Of a stretch of 64,000 nt of DNA, positions 9,625 to 17,562 are shown one piece after another. A program made the translations under genes and the position numbers. Position 1 is the first letter of the stretch; each line of letters begins with the position of its first letter. The DNA comes from an uncultured delta proteobacterium (lineage in GTDB: Bacteria; Desulfobacterota; Binatia; Binatales; Binataceae): the NCBI GenBank assembly GCA_963711565.1, contig CAVQEQ010000003.1:576001-640000 (forward strand). Direction: 5' to 3'. Below the pieces are notes generated by a model that saw only the letters and a list, made by a program, of their open reading frames with translations, did not search any database and was not told the DNA's origin.

Positions 9625-9701
9625 TGGGGTGAGTGAAGGGATTTGAACCCTCGACCGCCGGAGCCACAATCCGATGCTCTGCCAACTGAGCTACACTCAC
9701 C
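9625..9701 (-). tRNA. tRNA-His(GTG)
   Basis: G-1 followed by GTGAGTGTAGCTCAG; anticodon loop TTGTGGC; GTTCAAA T-loop; CCA. Confidence 0.96.
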
Positions 9702-9759
9702 ACCTCGATTACTCAATCCATTCAGCGCCTCGTGCCGGAGAATTCTGAAAAGGCCTCCT

Positions 9760-9836
<77 letters not shown>

Positions 9837-9839
9837 GTA

Positions 9840-9913
9840 TCGGGGCGAGCCGATTTGAACGGCCGACCCCCTGCTCCCAAGGCAGGTGCGCTACCAAGCT
9901 GCGCTACGCCCCG
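9840..9913 (-). tRNA. tRNA-Pro(TGG), CCA not encoded
   Basis: CGGGGCGTAGCGCAG; anticodon arm CCTGC-CTTGGGA-GCAGG; ends CCCCGA, then a 3-nt spacer to tRNA-Arg. Confidence 0.95.
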
Positions 9914-10306
9914 AGCCTTTAGGAAGTAACACACCGGCGATCTGCTCTCAACCAAGGATCTCTCGCGCATCGATTTTGTTCATCGACGTTTTCATGCAAC
10001 CGAGCACCGCGTGCGCGAGATCGTTGTGGATAACCGCATCGTCGATCCCGTGCGCAAAGTTCTGCGGCGCGTTCGATGCGTTCGGGCGCGTTCCGCGCAA
10101 TGCGCCAGTGCAGTCCACTCGACGCAATCCCCCGGATGCATCCCTCGAATAGTGAACGTTCCGGATCGCATGCAGCACAGCGGTCGCAACTTGCAAAACT
10201 CGCGATTTTCGCGGGAAAGTGGCCTAATTCGGTACTTCCAGCCATACTGCGTCGCAGAAAGAGAAAAAATCTCAGCTCACTGTCCATAATTCTTCTAGAC
10301 TTTTCC

Positions 10307-10323
10307 GAGGCACAATCTTTGCT
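10307..10323 (+). promoter_or_regulatory. Sigma54 (-24/-12) promoter
   Basis: GAGGCACAATCTTTGCT: GG-N10-GC with GGCAC and TTGCT, close to the TGGCAC-N5-TTGCW consensus. Confidence 0.7.
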
Positions 10324-10333
10324 TTCCTCTATT

Positions 10334-10451
10334 GTTGCGCTGACAATCTCCTCCCCCGAGACCCAGCGCGTGTCCCCAAGCAAAGGCCGGGCTACTTGAA
10401 CCGTCGGCTCCCCACCACGGTCCCCACTTGTAGCCCGGCCGTTCTTTTTTT
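10334..10451 (+). ncRNA. Candidate sigma54-dependent C-rich small RNA 1
   Basis: Predicted +1 at G10334; hairpin GCGCTG/CAGCGC with inner TCTC/GAGA and CTCCCCC loop; TGTCCCC linker; 11-bp stem GGCCGGGCTAC/GTAGCCCGGCC followed by a T7 run; no credible plus-strand gene upstream. Confidence 0.6.
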
Positions 10452-10551
10452 CCAAATACAAATTACGATCGCGTTTCTCTCCCCCGCATTTTTGCTTCAC
10501 GATTTCTGTTATTCTATCCGGCATTCGGACGCCGTCCGGCAGGGGGTTTGT

Positions 10552-11232
10552 ATCGTTCGCCTGAGCGGAAATTTTCGCGCATCGATCGTCGCGATATTCG
10601 CAGCCGCGGTTTCCGTTGCGCTCGGCGGATGCTGGATGGCAGCGGCTCAGTTCGCGCCGATCGCCGCTAACATAGGCGAGCAGGTCGGCGGCGACGCGCT
10701 CGAGCTGACTGCCGGTGTTGAAGCCTCCACGCACGCGCAACAGAACGCAGAAAAGAAGGAAGAAGACGCGCGTCAAAGTGCGATGACCAGCGGCGACACC
10801 TGCAATCAACTCGAAGTCGAAGTGCCCGATGTGATCGAGTTGCGCCGCGGAGCCGCCGGCGCGCCCGAATATCGCGAGCTCGAGATCGGCGATTCGCTCG
10901 ACCAGCGGCAATGGCTCCCGCTCGCGGACAGTGAAACGACGCCCGACGGATGGCGCCCCGCGGTTAATTTTCTGCAGATGGATTTCTCGCCGCCGCTCGG
11001 CGCGGTGGTCCCTGAAACGGCGAGCACTTATTTGGCCTACACGCCCTCGAAGGTCATCACCGCCGCCGACGGCGATCGCCTCACTGCGATGAGCACGAAC
11101 TTCGGCCCACCGGTCGGCACCTTTACCTGGAAGGGAACCTACTACCATTACGTGGTGACCAGCACGCTGCCATGCTTTCCGCCTCCGCCCGAGCGTCTCG
11201 CACAGGATGTCAGCGCCCGTTCGGGCTTCTAA
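10552..11232 (+). CDS. Hypothetical lipoprotein (start uncertain)
   Basis: Hydrophobic segment with lipobox LGGC followed by a globular domain; the ORF-finder start at 10396 lies inside the sRNA terminator; no ATG/GTG/TTG after the AGGGGG RBS-like motif at 10541. Confidence 0.6.
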   Translation: MVRLSGNFRASIVAIFAAAVSVALGGCWMAAAQFAPIAANIGEQVGGDALELTAGVEASTHAQQNAEKKEEDARQSAMTSGDTCNQLEVEVPDVIELRRGAAGAPEYRELEIGDSLDQRQWLPLADSETTPDGWRPAVNFLQMDFSPPLGAVVPETASTYLAYTPSKVITAADGDRLTAMSTNFGPPVGTFTWKGTYYHYVVTSTLPCFPPPPERLAQDVSARSGF

Positions 11233-11262
11233 ATCATTTTCGCGTATCGCCGGCGACGAGTA

Positions 11263-13080
11263 TCAGCCGTTCTCGCGCGCATAGCGTCGCGCCGCGAGCG
11301 CTCCGAACGCGAGCCGCGACCTCGCGCGCTGGAGGATGAAACTGCGGACCGCGCGGCGCGTCTCGTTGGTGCTGGCGCAAATTTGGGAACATCCCACATC
11401 GATCAGCGCGCCCGCCTGCTCAATCGCCGCCGCCCCGCCCACCGCAATCGTCACGCGACTCGAGATCGCCCGGATCAACGTCACCAGTTCAATCGTCGCC
11501 TCGATACATTCGCCGTTCACGCACGAAATGAAAACGAAGTCGGGTGTGAACCGTTTGACCAGCTCGCAAATCTCCACCGCTGATTTATTCTCGCCGGCAA
11601 AGCTTGCGACCACGCCGTCCTTGCGCACCAACTCGAGCAACATCAGCAGGCTCAGGAGGTTCGCGTCGCCGGGCGCCATCACGCCCAGTACTCGCACGCT
11701 CGGAGAAATCCGCGCGTTGGTGAATCTGCTGGACAGCTCCCCGATGAGTTGATGCGTCGTATCGAGAATGAGCCGCTCGTGTTCTTCGCTGATATGGTTC
11801 CCCGCGCGCTCCTCGTTCGTCAGCGCCAGCGCCGGCTGAATCACGTCCTCGAAGGTTCGTTCGAGCCCGTTCTCGTCGCAGTAGCGGATCGCAACCTGCC
11901 TGGCCCCGTCGGGATTGAGTTCGAGCAGCATGCGGTAGAAGTCATGGTAGTCGTCGAGCACCCGATCCGCGCCGAGCAGGATCGCGAGAAATCCCAGCGG
12001 GGGAATGTAGTCGCCCGCCACCTTCAGGCAAGCGGTCAAGGGTGTCGACAGCAGCAGTCCGGGTATTCCCCACAGCCACGACCAGTACATCGCGGATACC
12101 AGCAGCGCCACTGGCGAGACGTCAACTCCGCGGCCAATTATGAATGGCTCGGCCAACTGCGCCGCAACCTGATCGAGCACGATGAAGGCGCCGAGTATCT
12201 CGAGCGACCTGCTCCAGCCGGGAAACAACGCGAAGGCGACCAGCGCCGGCATCACCGCCGAGCTCATCGCGCCGACGTACGGAATGAATCGCAACAGGAA
12301 CGCGATCAGGCCCCACAGCGCGGCGCTCGGCAGGCCCAGGTACCACGCTACGATTCCGGTGGCGACTCCGTAGCCGAGATTGATCAGCGAAAATAGCAGC
12401 AGGTAATGGCCGACGTTGTAACTCGCAGTTTCCATCGCCTCCGCCGAGATCGGGACCCTCCCGCGCGCCGCCAGCCGCACAAATCGATCGCGCAAATCTT
12501 TTCTGCTGTAGAGCAGAAAAAACAGCAGCACGATAATCAGCAGCGTATTGACGATCGCATCGACGATCGGCGCCACCGGCTTCAGACTGTCGCTCAGCGG
12601 CGCGGCAACCGGAATCGCCATCACTTCGCGCGGTTTATGCTGCGGTTGATTCGCACCTTCCACCCGCTGCTGAACCTCGCTGACCGCCTCCTTGACGTGC
12701 TGGAGCCACGGCGGCGTGGTCTTTTCCAGCGTCGCCAGTTTGTTCCCGATATTGTCCGAGTACTCCGATACCTGGTCCGCGACTTCGGTCAATTCGATCG
12801 TCAGAAAGTACCCCATCGCCGAGATGAAGCCGATCACCAGCAGCACTACGATTGCGGCGCTGATCAAGCGGCCGCAGTAATGCTCCAGGCGCGACGCGAT
12901 CGGACTGAAAACCACGCTCATGATCAGCGCGCTCGCGAGCGGTAGCAGCACCGGCTTGCCGAAGTACAGCGCTCCGGTGCCGATGATCAGCGCGCAAACA
13001 GTTCCGGCGACCCGCAGCAGCGCGAAGCGGTCGCCACTTTCGTAGTAAGGTTGCTCCGTTTCTTTTTCGATCTCCGCCAA
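11263..13080 (-). CDS. AI-2E family transporter with C-terminal B12-binding-like domain
   Basis: LRFIPYVG, EPFIIG, WSWLWGIPGLLLSTPLT AI-2E motifs; C-terminal helical cap plus Rossmann-like domain (PDFVFISC, VGGAA); TTG start with GGGGGG RBS. Confidence 0.85.
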   Translation of the reverse strand: MAEIEKETEQPYYESGDRFALLRVAGTVCALIIGTGALYFGKPVLLPLASALIMSVVFSPIASRLEHYCGRLISAAIVVLLVIGFISAMGYFLTIELTEVADQVSEYSDNIGNKLATLEKTTPPWLQHVKEAVSEVQQRVEGANQPQHKPREVMAIPVAAPLSDSLKPVAPIVDAIVNTLLIIVLLFFLLYSRKDLRDRFVRLAARGRVPISAEAMETASYNVGHYLLLFSLINLGYGVATGIVAWYLGLPSAALWGLIAFLLRFIPYVGAMSSAVMPALVAFALFPGWSRSLEILGAFIVLDQVAAQLAEPFIIGRGVDVSPVALLVSAMYWSWLWGIPGLLLSTPLTACLKVAGDYIPPLGFLAILLGADRVLDDYHDFYRMLLELNPDGARQVAIRYCDENGLERTFEDVIQPALALTNEERAGNHISEEHERLILDTTHQLIGELSSRFTNARISPSVRVLGVMAPGDANLLSLLMLLELVRKDGVVASFAGENKSAVEICELVKRFTPDFVFISCVNGECIEATIELVTLIRAISSRVTIAVGGAAAIEQAGALIDVGCSQICASTNETRRAVRSFILQRARSRLAFGALAARRYARENG

Positions 13081-13129
13081 ATGAATCCACCCCCCTGACG
13101 GCTATTAGGCTCGCGCCACCACCCTCCGG

Positions 13130-13146
13130 TGCAATACCTGTTCCGC
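13130..13146 (-). promoter_or_regulatory. Probable sigma54 promoter for the AI-2E gene
   Basis: Minus strand GCGGAACAGGTATTGCA: GG-N10-GC with TTGCA, about 50 bp upstream of the start. Confidence 0.5.
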
Positions 13147-13304
13147 GCCGCAACCATGCCGATCGCATACGATGCGCGCGGCGCTTGTCGGTCGATTCCT
13201 GAATCTGTGAAGTTTTTTCCGGGTTATTCTTTGATCTGAAATCGCGCGGCAGCAAAACAGATAGAGGATGCCTCTCTTCCTCGCTTTCTTTCGCCTCTCG
13301 ATTT

Positions 13305-13321
13305 CTGGCACATCGATTGCT
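13305..13321 (+). promoter_or_regulatory. Sigma54 (-24/-12) promoter
   Basis: CTGGCACATCGATTGCT, essentially consensus TGGCAC-N5-TTGCW. Confidence 0.8.
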
Positions 13322-13331
13322 ACCCTACGTC

Positions 13332-13420
13332 CCGATAGCTCGGAGGGTGCGTCGGAGTCGCAACCGCATCATCCCCACTCAACCCGTCCCCCCGACGACT
13401 CCGGCGCAACCCCCTCCGAT
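13332..13420 (+). ncRNA. Candidate sigma54-dependent C-rich RNA 2 (sRNA or structured leader of ku)
   Basis: Long stem 13340-13360 pairing with 13396-13419, enclosing a 35-nt C-rich loop with ATCCCCAC and GTCCCCCC; begins at the predicted +1; 3' end undefined. Confidence 0.5.
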
Positions 13421-13697
13421 TAAAAATGGAAGCCGCATCGGACCCGGTTTTCCAAAGATTTTCTGGAGACCGGCCTTCCTCGCAAAAAGCCGTGTTTTAT
13501 CTATACATTTCGTCGATTTTCAGGTGACTCGACCGCTCTTTCACGCTACGGTTGTTGGGATATCGCCACTGCCCCTACTGGATTTCGCTCGCCGCGAAAT
13601 ATAAGAAGGCAGGTCCGGGGAAGCTGATAGCCAGCCGCCACCGGCGAACGCGATCACGATAGGAGTCGCGCTGAGAGCGCGCGGGAGGTTTCAAGTC

Positions 13698-14579
13698 ATG
13701 CCGGCTCGTTCGATATCTACTGCCAGTCTGACCTTCGGACTCGTCTCGATTCCGGTGCGCCTGTTCCCGGCCACGAGTTCCAAGTCCGTCGCCTTCCATC
13801 TGCTCCACGCGAAAGACATGACTCGCATCCAGCAGAAGGTTTATTGCCCTAAGGAAGAAAAGATCATCGATCGCAGCGAGCTGGTGCGCGGCTACGAAGT
13901 CGAGAAGGATCGCTACGTCACGTTCACCGACGAGGAACTCAAGAAGCTCGAAGCGCAGGCCGATCGCGCCGTCGAGATAACCGAGTTCATTCCCGCCTCG
14001 GAAGTCGATCCCGTCTATTTCGAGAACTCATACCTGCTCGGATGCGAGCCGACTTCCGCCAAGGCCTACCATCTCCTGCAGGAAGCGATGACCAAGGCCG
14101 ACAAGGTCGGCGTCGCGAAATACACGATGCGCGGAAAGGAACGGCTGGTGCTGATTCGTCCCTACGACGGCGGCCTGATGCTGCATACGATGTACTACAA
14201 CGATGAGATCCGCTCGTTCGGCGAAATCGATCACGGCGCCGACGCGCCAGTCAAGGAATCGGAACTCGGACTGGCGCAGCGCCTGCTCGATGATCTGACC
14301 GAGAAGAAATTCAAGCCGGACGAATTCAAAGACAACTACCGTGAACGCGTCATCGAGGCGGCCGAGCAGAAACTCGCGGGCCACGAATTGACCGAGCCCG
14401 CCCCCGAAGCCCGCCAGGGCAAAGTGATCGACCTGATGAGCGCGCTCAAGGAATCTTTGAAAAAGCGTGGCGTCACGGTCAACGAAGATCGCGAAGAAGC
14501 CCCGGCTACAGCCGAAGGCGAGCAACGCAAGGTCGCCGCGGGATCGCGCCGACCGTCACGCTCGCGCCGCGCCCGCTAG
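13698..14579 (+). CDS. ku: Ku DNA end-binding protein (NHEJ)
   Basis: SLTFGLVSIPVRL, LVRGYEVEK, VDPVYFENSY, VIDLMSALKESL; basic C-terminal tail. Confidence 0.97.
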   Translation: MPARSISTASLTFGLVSIPVRLFPATSSKSVAFHLLHAKDMTRIQQKVYCPKEEKIIDRSELVRGYEVEKDRYVTFTDEELKKLEAQADRAVEITEFIPASEVDPVYFENSYLLGCEPTSAKAYHLLQEAMTKADKVGVAKYTMRGKERLVLIRPYDGGLMLHTMYYNDEIRSFGEIDHGADAPVKESELGLAQRLLDDLTEKKFKPDEFKDNYRERVIEAAEQKLAGHELTEPAPEARQGKVIDLMSALKESLKKRGVTVNEDREEAPATAEGEQRKVAAGSRRPSRSRRAR

Positions 14580-14605
14580 CTGCGGAAGGACCGCCTTTTT
14601 CCGAT

Positions 14606-14640
14606 CCCCTTCCACCAGGGGAAGGGGTTTCGGTTAGGTT
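14606..14640. repeat. REP-like palindrome between ku and ligD
   Basis: CCCCTTCC-N6-GGAAGGGG followed by TTTCGGTTAGGTT, same architecture as the copies at 5524 and 48512-48767. Confidence 0.5.
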
Positions 14641-14673
14641 GCGGGAAGCCTTCTTCCCGCTCCACAACGAACA

Positions 14674-17334
14674 ATGTCGCTGACCAAGTACCGACAAAAG
14701 CGCAGCGCCGCGCGCACTCCCGAACCATTCGGACGCGAAGTCCCAACCTCCCCATCCACCACCAGCGGCTCCTTCGTCGTCCAGAAGCACGCCGCGCGCC
14801 GCCTCCACTACGATTTTCGACTAGAGATGGAAGGCGTCCTGCGCTCGTGGGCCGTCCCGAAAGGCCCCTCGATGAATCCCGCCGATAAGCATCTCGCCGT
14901 CGCCGTCGAGGATCATCCGCTCGAGTACGGCGACTTCGAAGGCGTGATTCCGTCCGGCAACTACGGCGCGGGCTCTGTCATCGTATGGGATCGCGGCGTT
15001 TACGACGTCATCGATCCTCCCGGCGATGCCGCAGACGCGGTCCGCAAGGGCAAAATCGACATCAACCTGCACGGCTTCAAGCTCAACGGCGCGTTCACGC
15101 TCGTCCGCACCGGCGGGCGCCACAATGCCGACCCCAAGGACGCAAAGAACTGGCTGCTCATCAAGAAGCGCGATCAATACGCCACCACCGAAAACGTTTT
15201 CGACGCCCATCCGCGCTCCGTCCTGTCCGGCTTAACGATCGAGGAACTCGCCAACGCGCCTGCCGCCGAGCGCAAACTCGCCGACAATCTCGCGCGCAGG
15301 CATCTCCCCGAACTCGGCACGAAGCTCAAGCATACGGACTTCCCGCTGACCCTCGCCAAGACCGTTGACGATTCTTTTGACAACGACAAGTGGCTATTCG
15401 AAATCAAGTACGACGGCGTCCGCGTACTGGCTATTCGCGAGGGCGAGAATACTCACTTGTACGCGCGCAGCGGCACCGACATTACTAATCGATATCCCGA
15501 GGTCGTGCTCGCGCTGAATTCGATCGCGCTCGACCGCTTTGTCCTCGACGGCGAGATAGTCGCCCTGGACGAACGCGGCCGCCCGAGCTTCCAGCTCCTG
15601 CAAAGAAGAATGCACGTCAACAACGCTTATCAGATCGCTCGCCTGAGCCTCGCCGTCCCCGCCAGCTACTACGTGTTCGATCTGCTCGGCTTCGATCGTT
15701 TCGATACGCGTACCTTGCCGCTCGAGGAGCGCAAGCGTCTCCTGAGCGAACTGGTCCACAACGAAGGCCCAGTCCGCTACTGCGACCATGTGATCGGGCG
15801 CGGCAAGGATTTCTACGCCGCCATCTCGGAGCACGACCTCGAAGGCGTCGTCGCCAAGTTGCGCGACGCGCCTTATCGCGGCACGCGCACCGGCGATTGG
15901 CTGAAAATCAAACGCCCGCTGACCCTCCCCTTCGTCATCGGCGGCTACAGCGACCCCGACGGCACGCGAACCCATTTCGGCGCGTTGCTGCTCGGTCAAT
16001 ACGAACCGGACGGCGCGCTGCGCTACACCGACAAGGTCGGCACCGGCTTCAATCAGGACAAGCTGCGCAAGATCCATGCGATGCTCGTGGAGCGCGCGCA
16101 AGCGTCGTCGCCGTTCCGCAAACCTGGCCTCGGAGAACCCTTTCCTGAAAAAAGCGCGCATTTCGTGCGGCCAGAGCTGGTTTGCAACGTTCGCTTCACC
16201 GAATGGACCGACAGCGGCGGTATCCGCCAGCCGAGTTTTTTGGGCTTGGCCGAGGACACTGATCCTCGCGACTGCATCTATGCCGGTCCCGCCGCTCAGC
16301 CGGACACGGACAATAATGCAAGCGATGCCACAATACCCGATTTTGACCAAAACGGAGGCGGTGAAGTGAAAGGACGCAAAGGCCGCGACAAGAGTGCGAC
16401 GCCCTCGGCGCCCGAGCCGATAGCGTCAATCACCAATCCCGAGAAAATCTTCTGGCCCAAAGACGGCTACACCAAGGGCGACCTGGTCGCATACTACCGC
16501 GCGATTTCGAAATGGATGCTGCCGTACCTGAAGGACCGGCCAGTCATGCTTACCCGTTTTCCAGACGGCATCGAGGGCAAGATGTTCTATCAAAAGGACG
16601 CGCCCGCTTTTGTGCCGCATTGGATTCGCACCGAGAAAATTTATTCCGAGGACTCGCAGCGCGAAATTTCGTACTTCGTCCTGGACAGCGAAGAGGCGCT
16701 CGCCTATGTGGCGAATCTCGCCGCCATCACGATTCACATGTGGTCGTCGCGCATCCCGCACCTCGAGCGTCCCGACTGGCTCCTGTTCGACATCGATCCC
16801 AAAGGCAGCACGACGCGCCATGCGGTCGAAGTCGCGCGCGAAGTGGCTAATGTCCTGCGCGAGGTCGGGCTCGAACCTTGTCTGAAGACCTCGGGGCAAA
16901 TGGGCATTCACGTAGTAGTGGGTCTGGCGCCGAAATATACTTACGATCAAGCGAAGATGTTCTCGGAGTTGGTATCACAAGTAGTAGTCAAGCGGGTGCC
17001 GAAAATCGCCACGATCAATCGCAATCCGCGCTCGCGCAACGGCCGCGTATATATCGACTACCTGCAACTCGGCCACGGCAAGACCATCGCGGCGCCGTTC
17101 TCGGTCCGCCCGATGCCGGGCGCGCCCGTCTCCGCACCGATGACGTGGAAGGAACTCAAGCCGTCACTCGATCCGGGAATCTACAACATCAAGACGATGC
17201 CGCCACGGATATCCCGCATGAAGCGCGACCCATTCCTCGACGCAATCGAAAAGCATGCCGGCCTGGAGAGCGCGCTGCCGAATCTGGAGACCCTCCTGGC
17301 CCGCTTCGAGAGCCGTCCCGCGGCCACATCCTGA
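14674..17334 (+). CDS. ligD: DNA ligase D (phosphoesterase-ligase-polymerase)
   Basis: FVVQKHAARRLHYDFRLE (PE), EIKYDG and EGVVAK (LIG), RFPDG, FDIDP, KTSG, YIDYLQ (POL). Confidence 0.97.
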   Translation: MSLTKYRQKRSAARTPEPFGREVPTSPSTTSGSFVVQKHAARRLHYDFRLEMEGVLRSWAVPKGPSMNPADKHLAVAVEDHPLEYGDFEGVIPSGNYGAGSVIVWDRGVYDVIDPPGDAADAVRKGKIDINLHGFKLNGAFTLVRTGGRHNADPKDAKNWLLIKKRDQYATTENVFDAHPRSVLSGLTIEELANAPAAERKLADNLARRHLPELGTKLKHTDFPLTLAKTVDDSFDNDKWLFEIKYDGVRVLAIREGENTHLYARSGTDITNRYPEVVLALNSIALDRFVLDGEIVALDERGRPSFQLLQRRMHVNNAYQIARLSLAVPASYYVFDLLGFDRFDTRTLPLEERKRLLSELVHNEGPVRYCDHVIGRGKDFYAAISEHDLEGVVAKLRDAPYRGTRTGDWLKIKRPLTLPFVIGGYSDPDGTRTHFGALLLGQYEPDGALRYTDKVGTGFNQDKLRKIHAMLVERAQASSPFRKPGLGEPFPEKSAHFVRPELVCNVRFTEWTDSGGIRQPSFLGLAEDTDPRDCIYAGPAAQPDTDNNASDATIPDFDQNGGGEVKGRKGRDKSATPSAPEPIASITNPEKIFWPKDGYTKGDLVAYYRAISKWMLPYLKDRPVMLTRFPDGIEGKMFYQKDAPAFVPHWIRTEKIYSEDSQREISYFVLDSEEALAYVANLAAITIHMWSSRIPHLERPDWLLFDIDPKGSTTRHAVEVAREVANVLREVGLEPCLKTSGQMGIHVVVGLAPKYTYDQAKMFSELVSQVVVKRVPKIATINRNPRSRNGRVYIDYLQLGHGKTIAAPFSVRPMPGAPVSAPMTWKELKPSLDPGIYNIKTMPPRISRMKRDPFLDAIEKHAGLESALPNLETLLARFESRPAATS

Positions 17335-17349
17335 GCGGACAATCGCAAG

Positions 17350-17562
17350 CTACTGAATGACTGGCTTGTCGTGTACTTGTAGCTTGCGCAGACTCTCATC
17401 GATGGCATAGGCAAGTTCGCCATAGGCGGAGGGCTCGAGCCGAAGCGTCAGGCATCCGATAGTTAGATGAACGATACCGCAGTCGCAGGCATCGATCTTG
17501 AAGGTTCCGCATTCGGCGAGCCTATGTCTCTCACATCCTTCCATAGGAGTACTCACAATCAC
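17350..17562 (-). CDS. Small Cys/His-rich putative metal-binding protein
   Basis: GTGA overlap with the receptor stop (alternative ATG 17544); C-x7-C-x7-CxCGxxH motif. Confidence 0.65.
   Translation of the reverse strand: MIVSTPMEGCERHRLAECGTFKIDACDCGIVHLTIGCLTLRLEPSAYGELAYAIDESLRKLQVHDKPVIQ

Noticed and set aside
10025-10033. Perfect DnaA box TGTGGATAA suggesting oriC
   Set aside because: Single box, no cluster, no unwinding element and no dnaA/dnaN neighbourhood
9919-10399. Several short ORFs and a 409-aa minus ORF upstream of the tRNA cluster
   Set aside because: No RBS or motifs; they overlap promoter/sRNA sequence or are antisense to the lipoprotein
13605-13640. CAGGTCCGGGGAAG resembling the SRP RNA core
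   Set aside because: Lacks the GGAAGGAAGCAGC motif and the long enclosing helix
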